Numbered from the whole stretch's first letter, positions 36,001 through 49,779 are shown. The stretch is DNA of 59,554 bases, filler included, from Dugesia japonica (GCA_001938525.1; 6 parts of 6 records of this genome joined end to end with filler, not necessarily neighbours in it), one strand, 5' to 3'. Notes: generated by a model from the letters alone, not told the origin. Program-made: numbers and translations.

Positions 36001-38263
36001 ATTTGATATCAAGATCTATTTACTGTTTATTAAAAAGAAACAATCTTACAGATAAAATATTTATTTGCATGTATTTGTAGTATACGAAATATATATTTTA
36101 TTGACCAAATAAAATCTTGTTAATTTATTTTTCTTTACTAAGATAATAAAAAAACATTAATTTTGTATAATCCTATATTATAAAAAATTATTGTATGGAA
36201 ATAAAAGTTATTTAAAATTTTTATATTAAGCAATAAAATAAAAATAATAATTATATCAATTCCGTCTAAACAAATAAAATAACACAACAGATGTTTATAG
36301 AGTTTCAACAACAAATTTAATTCTTTTTTGACTCTTCAATTCTTCCTTAATTTTGTCGATGAATATTGATCCGACAATGAGATCAGCATAGTCATTATTA
36401 CTCAATAGATTATTGTCGATCCTGCTTAGAAATTGAATTTGGTCAACTGATAATTGCATCAGACAATTTTTTAATTTATCTTTCAACTTGATTCATTTTT
36501 GATAATAACTTTGAAGTGTAAAAGTGATTAATTTTAAAAAAACCACTGATTATATACTCGTTACGATACATAGTCGTTATTTTTTTTAATTTCTATTGGT
36601 TGTTACCGGTTTTAAAGGAAATTATTGTTTTATGTCTATTATGATTGGTCATTTTGATACAAGTGATATGATGTGCTATTTTTCGTTATAATTAGTATGA
36701 TTTGTTAACGGATTTATATAAGACTTGATTTTAAAGAAATTTCATTCTTTTTCAAAAAAATGTTTAGAAATTTTTCGATGAATGAAAAAAGAGATAAAAA
36801 GAATGATGCTGAACAAGAAGAAAAAATTATGGAAGATATCCGGAATGGAAAATTAAAAGATAATGAAAGAGATCAAATAACAAAAGAAAACAACAATCAT
36901 GAAGAACAAATGTCTAATACTGATAAAAAAATGGAAGTAAGTTGTAATTACAAATTTCATAATCCGGTTGAAGATATTTGGAAGTTTAAAGATTTGTTTT
37001 ATAGTAAGAAATTTAATTAATGTTAATTTATTTAATTTTATTTTTAGAGTTAGCAACTCAAATAGTGAATAAACTTTGTCCAGAATTCTTAGAAAAATGT
37101 GTTAATATGAATTCGAAACAATATTGGCGATTTGTTTTAAGAAAACATGCGTTGCTATTGATGAAATTCTGCATGATTTGGTTTTGGAACTACAAATGGA
37201 GCTCGNNNNNNNNNNNNNNNNNNNNNNNNNNNNNNNNNNNNNNNNNNNNNNNNNNNNNNNNNNNNNNNNNNNNNNNNNNNNNNNNNNNNNNNNNNNNNNN
37301 NNNNNNNNNNNNNNNNNNNNNNNNNNNNNNNNNNNNNNNNNNNNNNNNNNNNNNNNNNNNNNNNNNNNNNNNNNNNNNNNNNNNNNNNNNNNNNNNNNNN
37401 NNNNNNNNNNNNNNNNNNNNNNNNNNNNNNNNNNNNNNNNNNNNNNNNNNNNNNNNNNNNNNNNNNNNNNNNNNNTAAAACCATTAATTGCTTAATTTCA
37501 TATTACCATGTTCTTATTATTGTAATTATAGTACTATGAAATTAAATTCTTCATTTTTTAATTTCAAATTCATTTAGTAATAAAAATTAAACAATCAATA
37601 TATTTATCGATTGTTTAATTTTATATTTACTTAATTGTATTTGAAATTAAAAATGGAGAATTTAATTATTTTTTTTTAATTTTAAATAAAGTTTTAATTA
37701 TATTTTTAAATATTAATTTAAATTTAGGTAAATAAAAGGTTCCATAAGTATATGGTGAAAACACATTTGTGTTTGTGAGCTCAAATGCTAATTTTTTAAA
37801 TAAATTATTTAAAGTTTACCTTTAAATTATATTGTTTTGTTCCCATTCATAATTTCTGTATCAGATTTCATATCTCTGTCATCTTTGCAGTCTTTTTTAA
37901 TTTCATTTTTGTCCACTATATTCTGTTAAAATGCAATAAATATCAAGTAAAAATATAAAAATTTATTTTGATCGGCTAGTTTGAAGTCTGCAGGGTTCCG
38001 TTTAATTAGAACACGCGCTTGGAATGTTTTCGTGGTTCATTTGAATTTTTTTAAACTTTAAAAATATTAGTAAACTTTTAATTAAAATTTATGAAGTGTA
38101 ATATTATGTTTATTTATTTTTTCTATCCTAAACTTTTTCAATACATAATCACTTACTAAACTATAAAAGTATAAAATTATTACCTAATAATTTAATTTAT
38201 ACTATAGGGATATATAGTCTATATCAAAAACGTGATCGTTTTAAAATTTAAAATTATTTTAAA

Positions 38264-38903
38264 TTGAACACCATTTTTAAAATATTTATTAGTTGCCATC
38301 AATTTCGACAAAATAACCGTCATCATCAGGCAATTAAAGAATATTAAAACAAACTATTTATAAACTATTTATAATGTTCTTAAGAATATAATAAATATAA
38401 AGGTTGTATCGCAATCTCAAAAGGTTATAAATATGTTCAATAATAAATCTATAACCAGTTTAGAATTGTGCTCTGATCTGGTTTATCAATTTAAATGTAA
38501 TGGGTATAACGCCACACACATTGGAGAAACTTGCTGTCATCTCTACACCAGAGTACAAGAACATAGTCGAAATAGTGGAAATAGTAATATTGTGGAGCGT
38601 CGAAAGAAATGTATAAAATCACTAGGGTTTTCTGATTTTAAAAAATTTTACAATGAATTTAATAATTATTGGGAGAGAGTGATGTGTGAAGCTTTGTTGA
38701 TAAGGACACATTAAATCCTAAAATTAATGTTCAGTTGACAGATTCAACATTCTGCTTAAAATGATTTTATTGATTATTTATTGAGATTGTATAATTGAAA
38801 TTATATAATCATTTAAACTTTATAAATAGTTTGTTTTAATATTCTTTAACTGTCTAATGATGACGGTTATTTCGTCGAAATTGAAAAACAAATGGTGTTC
38901 AAT
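38264..38903 (+). mobile_element. Penelope-like element 3' fragment: GIY-YIG endonuclease flanked by inverted pLTR copies with hammerhead cores
   Basis: LVYQFKC...HIGET...TRVQEH...EALLI; 38264-38364 is the inverted copy of 38817-38903. Confidence 0.85.
38303..38329 (-). ncRNA. Minimal hammerhead ribozyme core
   Basis: CTGATGA-T-GAC-loop-GTC-GAAA. Confidence 0.6.
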
Positions 38904-40799
38904 TATTTATTTTAAAAAAATTACCATTACTTTTTGGGTATTTAAAATGTATTTGTTTAATTAATTCAAAAAATAAACATAATTTTAAATCTTTAGTATT
39001 AAAAAAATAATCGCTGTAAAATGTTTTTTATCCATAGCAACCATAAGCTTCAATAATTTTCTTCACTGTTTCAATAGATGCATCCAATGTTTTACCCATA
39101 CGAATATTTGTGAATTTTTGTTGCTCATTATTTAGAAATGATCTTATTTCATCAATATGTTTAAAATCTGTACGACTTCTCTCTCGTCTTTTAAAAAGAT
39201 AATTGCCACAAATATTTATATCTGTTGAATATGGATGTTTACGAAGAAGTTTTGCGTTTTGAGATTCTATATTATTTTATATTAATTAATTATAACATAT
39301 TATTTTGTGACAAAAGAAATTATTATCATTTACTAAACTTAAGAAATAATTAAGAGCTCTTACAACAAATTGAGAATTAGAAACAGTAAAATACTAGTAA
39401 AACATGATAGGATGGAAATAGGTATAGAATTTTACATACCTACTCACAATATTTTCTAAACTTGTTCAGTTATTTTCTTTGTCCCATCAGTTATTTCTTT
39501 GATTGATATTCAATTATTAAACAAGTAATCAAATAAAAAACATTTCCAATTTTCAATATTCTAGATTTATTAAATTTATTTCAACTAGAAATGATTTTTA
39601 TATTTGCTGTAAATATTCCAATTTTATGGTAAATTTATATTCTGGCAGTAAGTAGAATAGCAGGTCAAATAGTATGCAAAATTAGAATCCTACAATAATA
39701 AATGTCCGCCTTTGAATTGTTTGTCTTACGTTTTACTAAACGCGAATATTTGTAAAATTTTGAAGTAAAACAATGAAAATAAAATCATCAGGGTATATCT
39801 TTTCAGTTTGACTATTTTTATGTTTTCCTCTTCTTTGTCTCTACTTAGATTTTGTTTTTAACTGTTTTCTAGAATTCTGTTGGATAAATGATTTAATTTA
39901 TTTCAGATTCAATTCAGAATTATTGTAGGACTCTTGACCAATTCTAAATCATTTAATTAGAAACAAAGACAAGTAAAAAACATTTTCATTGAAAGACAAC
40001 TAAAGGTTTCGTTTGGTGTATATTAGTTAAATTAAAAACCTCACAACTCTCCATAAGCTTTTATTTATTATTATAAGTTTTTTATTAAAGCGAAAAACGA
40101 TGAAGAACAATTCATAGTATTCAAACAAACAATCGGAGAAATTTAATAAAATATTTTGAAAATATCGATTTTAATTTTACAAAATATTTTTACTTTACAA
40201 ATATCTTTAATTGTTTTTAAATATAATTTCATAAAATAATTTTTATACTTCTATAATATATAATATATAGAAATAATTTAAATAATTTGTATTTAAAAAA
40301 TGTTTTATATTTGAAAAATTTGTTTTTACTTATTTACAATCAAATTTGAATGTTTCAAAAAAATAAATTTTAATATAATACAATATAATATATACCAAAT
40401 TAAAAAATTTCCCAGATATTTTAAAATCTATGAATCACTCTTACAGTGTTGATTTTTCCATTATAAAGTACTACCCAGTTTTATATCCACGTTTTATGTA
40501 ACAAATAAAAAACAACGAGATCTCACTTAATATGCACATATAAATATTATTAACAGCCCAACCAACTAAAAAATGGGTGCGTATCCACTTTTTCCCCGCA
40601 ATTTTATTGGAAAAAAAATTGACATCGACCACAAATTTATTATAAAACATGTTGTTTCAGCAGATAATTATTGTACTGATCTTGTCTTTGTATCGGCTTG
40701 CTTTGTTCGAAATGTGGATCTTCTTAAAAGCGAGTTGGCCAGTCTCTAATATTTATGTCCCTTTGAACAATTATCTTCGGGTGATTGTTTCCAATTTTG

Positions 40800-41145
40800 G
40801 ATTAATATATGTGAGTGTGTTTTGAAAAGCAAGTTGAAATTTTTGTGTGATTGGTGATTTTATTTTTAAAATCTTTTGTTTAAAAGAGAAATTTAAATNN
40901 NNNNNNNNAAATTTAAATAAACAAATATATAAATTAAAATTATTGAATAAAGTTAAGCTTTTTAATAAATAACATTTTAAAAGTGAACGGAAATTTCGTC
41001 GTAAATTTTAAATGAAAATTAAGTAAATAAATAAAAATGTTTTTAAATGAATTAAATTAAATTAATTTTAATAAATAAATTTTTCGATTTTTCCTTTTAG
41101 AAAAAAGATCACCAATTAAAACACGGGATTTTAATTTGTTTGATT
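40800..41145. mobile_element. MITE-like dispersed repeat; reverse copy at ~45020-45450
   Basis: Both ends match the other copy; subterminal ATTGGTGAT...ATCACCAAT inverted motifs. Confidence 0.6.
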
Positions 41146-41892
41146 AAAAAATAGTGTTGGCTATAGTTTGTATTTTTGAAATAAATTTTATGGAGTTGAA
41201 TTCTGATGTTAATGATTCCATGAGTTTTCCAAACTCATCTAACAATATATATTCTTTTTTATCTGCATAACTATCTGTCACCATACTTACAGAGTGCNNN
41301 NNNNNNNNNNNNNNNNNNNNNNNNNNNNNNNNNNNNNNNNNNNNNNNNNNNNNNNNNNNNNNNNNNNNNNNNNNNNNNNNNNNNNNNNNNNNNNNNNNNC
41401 CATTAGTTATAAACAATGTTGCTATTTCATGTAATGACTTTGTACTTGAAAATACTTCATTGACTAGCTTTCTAAGTCTAATTTCAAAATTTTGATATTT
41501 TTCATTTGGTTTCTGCATTATTTTTGACAAGATTNAAATTTTATCAATCAATGTTTCCTGAATGAATGATTCTTGAAACAAAGTTCACAAATTTCATTAG
41601 ATAATTTCTCAACTTCTTTTGTTTTTTCCAACCACAATTTCTTAGCATTGTGGCTCGTTAGCATATCAAAAGCAAACGATAATTCCATATGATTGAACGA
41701 ACGGAACTCTTTTATTGTTTCAAGCCACTCTTTAGTCATGTATAATGATCCGTCATAGAAACTCGGCTTCGAAATCAGTAACTCTTGAGTTGAAGACGGT
41801 AATTTCAAAAAAAATTGTCTTTCATCTTTTTCTTTCTTTGCCAACTTGTTCACTGTACCTTGGTCACCAGTTAGAACAGAAGATTCTTTCAT
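41144..41892 (-). pseudogene. Retrotransposon gag-like remnant
   Basis: KPSFYDG...EWL and MQKPNEKYQNFEIRLRKL resemble Ty3 capsid motifs; frameshifted. Confidence 0.55.
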
Positions 41893-42002
41893 GACTATTT
41901 ATTTATTAAAATTTAATAATAATTGCACAACTGATAATATTTAAACAAAGTTTATAAATCAATTTACAACTGATATATAACGATTATTATTATTATTATT
42001 AA

Positions 42003-42054
<52 letters not shown>

Positions 42055-42154
42055 NNNNNNNNNNNNNNNNNNNNNNNNNNNNNNNNNNNNNNNNNNNNTT
42101 AATTAATTAANNNNNNNNNNNNNNNNNNNNNNNNNNNNNNNNNNNNNNNNNNNN
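42055..42154. other. Artificial contig-joining linker
   Basis: 44N-TTAATTAATTAA-44N. Confidence 0.97.
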
Positions 42155-42176
42155 AATAATAATAATAATAATAATG

Positions 42177-42225
<49 letters not shown>

Positions 42226-42839
42226 TAACACTAATAATAACAATAATGTTGAAGTTTGAACTTTATTTAATTTACTCGAATGTTGGGATCAGCCATAACC
42301 GCCAATAATATACCTGGTCGTCCTTAAATCAGTCTTCTCGATAGCGATTATTTTTAGCGAAAACGTATATGTGCGTGCCGATTTAGCATAAGTTTTTGTA
42401 AGAGCGACAGAAGCTCTAAAATAATCAAAATAAAATGCAACCCCATATTGTAGCTGCCATTTAATTATTAAGAGGACAAATACCGATATAAATGTTTATT
42501 ACGTTTATTATCACACAGGATACATAAAATAAGTTTCAGTTCTAGTGATGAAAATGTGATTTCATTAACTGGATTTTATCAGAGTGCTTTAAGGGTTCTG
42601 TGATTTTGGTTAGAAGCATTGGATCTTTATAAATTTATTTGAGAGCATAACACTGTTATCAACTTTTCTGAGAACATTGAATCAACTTTGCCTGAAAAAT
42701 AATTCGTGGGTTTTCACTTATCCTTTTGAAAGTAATTTATGTGTTCGTATCATTTATTATATAGTAGAGTGATATGACTTCATATACCTTATTTCATTGG
42801 AAGGAAAATGAGATTAAAAAACATGTTTAAAATTGTTTA

Positions 42840-43575
42840 AGCATAATGAACTTATTTGAGACTTTACGTGCCTTTCTGAGCATGTTGGACTATATTTGAG
42901 TCCATTGAGCACATCTTAGTCAAGCTGACGTAATAAGCATCTTCAATCATATCTGAGAATGTTGGAAAAGATATGAACATATTGAAACTATCTAAACATA
43001 TAGAAGCATATCTGAGTAGATTTGAGTATATCTGAGTCCAAGTAATTCTAGTGAGCATGTAAAATCATATTTAAGCATGTTTGAATATTTATGAAAACAT
43101 TAAGCCTAGTTAAGAATGACAGAGCATATGTAACTAGGTGTGAGTACACTTAGCTTAGCTGAGTGCAATGAGCATGTTCAATGACATCTGTGCATAATGA
43201 ATCTGTCTGGGCATATCGGATCACATCTGTGTAGATTTGAGTAGATATGGATGCAACTGGACGTAATTGGCATATTTAATCATACTAGCCATGTTAGAAT
43301 ATATCTGAGTCTATTCAACTTGTCTAAGTACATTGGAGCATAACTTAGTAAATTTTAGTCCAGCTGCGAGTAATGAGCATTTTGAATCATATCTGAGCAT
43401 TTTGAAATAAATCTGAGCATAATAAACTTCTCTGATAATATTGAAGCATATCTTAGTAGATTTGAATATATCTAAGTTCAACTAAGCTTAACGAGCACGT
43501 GCAGTCATATATGATAATGTTAGATTAGGTCCAGGCCAATTCAGTCTGTCGTTGCATGTTGGAGCATATCTGCGT
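42840..43575. repeat. Degenerate satellite-like array (GAGCATATCT sub-repeat, ~440-bp higher-order duplication)
   Basis: 42930-43080 aligns with 43370-43520. Confidence 0.65.
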
Positions 43576-45019
43576 AAGGATAATTTCATGCGCATCAATA
43601 CAAAATCAATACGAAATGAATAATGAGAGACAATTCCAAAGATAAACGACATAGCCTCAACCAAATGCGTCTACCGTGGATACTTATCGTTATACTTGGT
43701 CTGCCTTGCAATTTATTATAGGTTATTCTTGGTCGTTAGCATATATAAAACGACGCATTCCTAACATGTTTCTATCACTCGCTTTCACTTGCATGTTTAA
43801 TACCTCGAAAAATTATAAAATTAATACCACCCAATATAAATAAATCCTCACTCACCAAAACCATAAAATTTCAAATATAAAATTTTGCATTATGAATAAG
43901 ATTGTTATACCAAAAGGGAGTGCACCGTTTTATATATACTTCGGTTGGTCTCATAATAATTAATTTTTTTGTATTAGAAAAATGGAAGAGATTATTGAAT
44001 GTATAAAAGAAGATTTAGAGTTTATGAAAGATTTAAAACAAGATTATTTTAAAGTTATAAAGTTTACACCAAAATAACAAAGTTTAATTTTAAAAGATAT
44101 TTTTCCAAAGTTTAGATTATTTAAAGAAGCAATTAATTTAGCTGAAAATGTAATTAATGATTTAAAAATTGAAGTTGAAACTTTGAAAGATGAATTAGAA
44201 AAATGAAATAAATATAATAAAAAGAAAATTGAACAAGTTGTTAATAAAAATAAAATAATAACAACTACTATAAAAAAACTAAATAGAAAAATAAAAAAAT
44301 CACTTCAATAAATTATAATAGAAAATCTCTATAGAAATTAATACAAAAGAAATAAATAGTTTTGTAAAAAGTATTATTATTTTAAATAAAAAATGTGAAC
44401 ACCAAAATAATAACTGTATTTTTAGTATTTATTATTTGTATAATTCCATATGTAATTCTTTATACAAATCATTATGTAATTCCAAATGTGATTCCTTTTG
44501 TAAATTCTTATTTTATCACTAAAGAAAATGACAATGGAAAGTAAAAGAGAGTTGTGTGTTGATGTTGTCGAATATATTAATTGTGCAAATAACTATGATT
44601 CAAAACAATTTATTAAATCTCAGAAATGTTTTTAGCAGCTAAATATCAAGAATTATGTTTTAAAAATTCAAATTTAAAAGATTCTATTATTGCTAAAGAA
44701 ATGAGGATGTCTATTCAAATATTGAATAAGAGAATTAAATTTAAAACCTGAAAGAAAAAGATATCCTCGAGTAAAATATTCTATTGATGATAAATCTTGA
44801 CAATATATTAAAAATTATTATGGTGATTATTTTTTTAATGTAAAAACAAATTCTTTTGAACTAATAGAAAAGCTTATAAAAGAAAGTTTAACAGGAAAAA
44901 AGAAACAATTCATCATTATTATTGCTAGTTGTGTTTGGAACACTCATCATATCATCAATATCAAAATTCGAATTTATTACAACGCTTTATTAATATAAAA
45001 ACTATAGCCAACAATATTT

Positions 45020-45450
45020 GTTAAACAAACAAATTAAAATCTTGTGTTTTCATTGGTGATCATTTTTCAAAATCTAAAACTNNNNNNNNNNNNNNNNNNN
45101 NNNNNNNNNNNNNNNNNNNNNNNNNNNNNNNNNNNNNNNNNNNNNNNNNNNNNNNNNNNNNNNNNNNNNNNNNNNNNNNNNNNNNNNNNNNNNNNNNNNN
45201 NNNNNNNNNNNNNNTTGAAACTTAATTTATTTAACATAATTTTAATTCAAAAAATTTTATTTATTTATTTAAAATTAAAATAAATTTACGTTTACTGAAA
45301 AGTTTTAATTTATCGTTAAAATAAATTTTTGTTATTTAAGTTCTTCATCAAAACTTTAAATCTTTCTTTTAAACAAAAGATTTTAAAAATATGATCACCA
45401 ATCACACAGAAAATTTAACTTGCTTTTTTAAACACACTTACAATTATAAT
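45020..45450. mobile_element. MITE-like repeat, reverse copy of 40800-41145
   Basis: Reverse-complement similarity at both ends. Confidence 0.6.
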
Positions 45451-45658
45451 TAAAAAACACTCAAAGTAATTTAAGTATTTCAACTTTAAGAAAAAAATTT
45501 ACATCAAGAAAAATAAATAATAATGAAAGTGGTGTATCTATTTTAGAAAATATAATGAATGATTCAGAGAACGATTTTAATAAAACCTTTAATTAAAAAA
45601 TAAAAGGATAGCTAAAGGCTAGCCAAATTTTGGCAAAGATAGTGAAAAAGAATATTTA

Positions 45659-45917
45659 TTTTACAATTGCAATTATTGAGAGAATAATTGTTGGATATAA
45701 CCATTGATCGTTTTTCAGAATTCATTTAAAATAAAAGCTTNNATCNAAATTTGTTTTTTTTTTGGATTTTGAAAGTAATTCTATTTTTCGACTTAGTCTT
45801 CTTCAGGAATTGACTTTTCAAGAAAAGTCAATTCCTGAAGAAGACTAAGTCAAAATATAGAATTATTTTCAAAATCCAAAAAAAAATAAATTTTGATCTA
45901 AGCTTTTATTTTAAATG
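45659..45917. mobile_element. Hammerhead-bearing short retroelement, fold-back double copy with 12-bp TSD AAAGAATATTTA
   Basis: TSD at 45647-45658 and 45918-45929; palindrome 45721-45919; CTGAAGA-A-GAC-TAA-GTC-GAAA on the minus strand at 45786-45806. Confidence 0.75.
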
Positions 45918-46087
45918 AAAGAATATTTAATTCATATTCAAACAATGAAAAAATTTCTATAATGTAAAATTTATTGTAAATGATTTATTAAATCAACTTC
46001 AAAGATTTATAGAGCATGAGGATCAAAATAAATCTGGTTGGAATATAGATAATATTGTTGATTTTAAAATCGAACTTAGTAAATATC

Positions 46088-46239
46088 TCTTGTTCCTGAA
46101 GAAGACTATTGTCGAAAATTTGAAATTTTTTATAAATAAATTTTATTTTGATCGAAGCTTTTTCTTATTTTAATGAAATCACAAATGCGATCAATGGTTA
46201 AGTCCAACAATTATTCTCACAATAATTGTAATTATAAAA
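46088..46239 (+). mobile_element. 152-bp hammerhead-bearing short retroelement with 12-bp TSD TTAGTAAATATC
   Basis: TSD at 46076-46087 and 46240-46251; CTGAAGA-A-GAC-TATT-GTC-GAAA at 46096-46117; PolB frame resumes after removing it. Confidence 0.8.
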
Positions 46240-48109
46240 TTAGTAAATATCAATCATAGATTAGTTCTTCCTTTGTAAAATTACCATTTGGAAAACAAGG
46301 TGTAATTAATAATTATATATAATAATATATAAAAAATACATAATATATATAATAATATATAATATTATATATATAAATATATGTTTGATCAACCAACTCG
46401 TGTTTCAAATTATGTCCCTCATTTATCAGAATTAAAAACAAATGAATTGAAATTTCCTGGAAGTATTGATGATGTTAAATTATTTGAGAAAATGAATGAT
46501 TTTAAAAAGAAAATATTTGAAGTAAGTAATAAAGCTAAAATCTATCATGTTTATATTTCTCATTATAAAAGTAATCCTAAACCAGAGGAAAATAAATGTA
46601 ATTTATTATTTCACAAAGGTCATAATATTTTGTGTAGAAATAATTGGTGTATTTGCGATTACTAATAGAAATAAAAATGAATTATGTTTATGTTCTATGA
46701 ATTCATATAGAAGTACAAATTTATTAATGAATAATCAAAAAGGATTTGTTTTACACGAATCATCTAATTTTATATTTGAAAGTGATAAATATTTTTAATT
46801 TACAAATAATCATTTTACAACATGAATTTATAATTTTTAATGATTTTGAAAGCTGGACTAACATCAACACTAAAAAACAAAAATCATTATTTCTTGGTAT
46901 TTGTTTAGTAAGTAAATATCTAGATTTAATGAATATAAAGTATTTTATGGTGAAAATGTAATTAATCAATTCTTAAATTCTTTTTTAATCAATAAATTAA
47001 ATAAAATAAAAGAAAATAAATTAATTAAAATATATACTGAAACAAAACATCCTAACTTTACACAAGAAACTAAATGTAAAAATTGTAATGAAATGATAAT
47101 CTCAGATCTTGTAATAGACCATGATCATTTTAATGAGGAATTTAGAAGTTATGTTAATAATAATTGTAATCAATAAAACATTTATTTATACCATTTTATT
47201 TTCATAATGCATCTGGATATGATAACCATTTATTTTTCAGAGAATTATTAGAAAAATATCCAACATAAGTTTTTATTTATTATCACAATTTTTGATTTAA
47301 GTAAAAAAGATGAAGAATAATCCATAGTATTTAAAACAAATAATCTGAGAAATTTAATTTTCATTTTTAAATTCTTAAAATAAAATATTTTAAAAATTTT
47401 GATTTTATTTTAAAAATTTATACGTTACATAAATGATGATTTGTTGGAAGAATATGTAAAAACGTTGAAAGAATTTGAAGGTTTTCAGGCTCGTTTACGT
47501 ATGGCATTTGAGAAAAAGAAAAATGTTATCAAATACTTTCAAAATTTACATTAAATAACACTTCTTGCCATACTGTTATGGGGAAGTTTTATGGTATATT
47601 ACATATGTCTAACATGCAACATATGTTCATATTCACACATAATTTTACAAAATACATACACATTTAACAGAATTTAACAAGGAAAAATTATTTACTAAAC
47701 TAATTAATATTTATGTTCCTTCTTGGAATAAAATAAAATTAGAAACTAAAATAATAGATATAAGTGATAATGAAACAGTAATTAAGGTCGAGGTATTTGA
47801 TACTCCAGCTGTTGATCCGGTTGTTGATCCGATTGTTGATCTGAGTGTTCATTCAGTTAATGATCCGACTGTTGCTCTATTTTGTAATTCTGAGAATTTT
47901 GATGACAAAATAGGAAGTTTGTTAAAATAGGTTATTGATGAATGATACTTTCGATAAAGAAATAAATGACGAAGACCAGGTTTTGAATATGTATTTAGAA
48001 GATGAAACTCAAATTAGAAACTCCTATTCTTGATTGACCAGTTGTTGAAACTCATTTGCATAAATTCTATCGAATACTAAACAAAAATGTTTCTAATTAT
48101 AATTTGAAA

Positions 48110-49305
48110 GAAATTGTGGAGACCGTCTTTAATCGTCAAAGTATTCAAGTCAATCGCTTTCCCAAATTTCGCTTCAATATTTCAAATTTAATTTTCAATT
48201 GTTTCATCCGTTTGTCATGGATCTTTCGCATAAGCTGGTATCCAAAAATATTCTGCATATCTATTCCTCCTATCAGATCTGGTGTCACTCTTTCAGCAAC
48301 TAAGAAAATAATCTCTTTGCAAACTTCATCAATTATCACTCCAGTTCTAACTTTCCCAACAATTTCAAGTGCACTATTATTTGTAAAACGCAATCTTTCA
48401 TCATATTATCTAAATGTAGTTCTCGTCATTTATTTATAAACAGCTTGAACTCAACATTAATTCTAGCCCCTGTATCTAATATACATTCAACTTAATTTCC
48501 TTGAACTGATACCTTAACACTTGGCTGCCTTGCAATTTATGGTATGAAATATTTGTTTTCTGTTTTGCTTTAATTGCTTCAATCCATTTGGCTTTTCTAT
48601 CATCCACAAAATTTTTGTTCTTTAAAAACCTGTATACTTTTTCAATAACCCTCCCGATATTATCCCATTTTTCGACCCCTTGAGAAAAATCACCCACTTC
48701 ATTTAACAATGGTTGGCTCCAACAAACTCCTCTACTAGTAGAGCCCTGCTTTTTAAGTACTGCCTTTCGGTATCACTTTCATTTACTTCTTCATATCCAT
48801 CATTTTTGTTGACATCTGCATCTTCAATCGCATCTACTCGATTATACCGGTTTCTTTATTTTTCTTCAGTCATAAATTTCTCACTTGTTCTTTTCATTTA
48901 TAAATTTATGTAGCACTCTTCTGCCTTAATTCCACCATAACCACGTGGTTTAAACCTCACTTCTTGACATAACCTTCTAATATGACCAACCTTTCCACGA
49001 GCAAATCATTTTGTTTGTTATTATTTGGACAATCTCGACTTATATGTCCAGTTTTATGACAAGTCCAACAATCTACCACTTTTTTATCGGACAACTTGCT
49101 TTAGTATGACCGATATTTTGACATGACCAACATTCGATATTTTGTTTTTCTTTTTTTTGATTCACATGTCTATTCATTGTATAATTTGCACATTTCTGAC
49201 AATTTTGACTTGTAACTCTTGTGTAACTTCTAACTGCATAAACTTTATATCTGTTTTTTTCTACTTTATCTACTAACGTTATTGTTTCTTAAATTTTTTC
49301 TATAT
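48110..49305 (-). mobile_element. Ty3/gypsy gag-protease fragment, same family as 1934-3060
   Basis: CCHC knuckles, CILDTGARINV and VTPDLIGGIDMQ. Confidence 0.85.
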
Positions 49306-49779
49306 TTAGTTGTTTCCACAAAATTTTGGGTATTTGAAATAATAGATATATTTGAAACCAGCGAAACATTCTCTATCGAGTAGACACTTTATTGATTTAT
49401 TTTGAGAAGAAATAATTTTTTCTAAAAATTCTGTATAAATACTGGGAAGATCTAAAATGATCGCCGTAAAATTCCGAGTAGAATAATGTAAAATTGAAAA
49501 ATTATTTTTTAATTTTTTGGATATCTCGAATTCACATAAAATATTCAAATAAAAAAATTGAAAATTTTCATTTTATTTAAATAACATAAATTTTTCAATC
49601 GGATTTTCACAAAAAATTTATATTATCTTTTAAAAAATTTAAAATTCAAACAAATTCGACTTTTACCATGAATTTCCTTAAAATTTAATCCAAAATGACC
49701 AGCCGGAGGAAATTATCACATAAATTCAGCTAAAACTGATCTTTGCTTTTATATAATAAATATAATATAATAAATAATT

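Larger units (their letters stand above)
45500..47270 (+). pseudogene. Degraded Polinton pPolB carrying two small insertions
   Basis: NKSGWNI...FKIELSKY, KCNLLF, FNDFES, KCKNC...VIDHDHF (EndoVII-like) and FHNASGYDNH. Confidence 0.8.

Noticed and set aside
41985-42240. (TAT)n/(ATA)n inverted arrangement
   Set aside because: Microsatellites at the ends of separate contigs on either side of a linker.
47800-47880. 12-bp GTTGATCCG repeats
   Set aside because: Short minisatellite in a broken frame; no supportable function.
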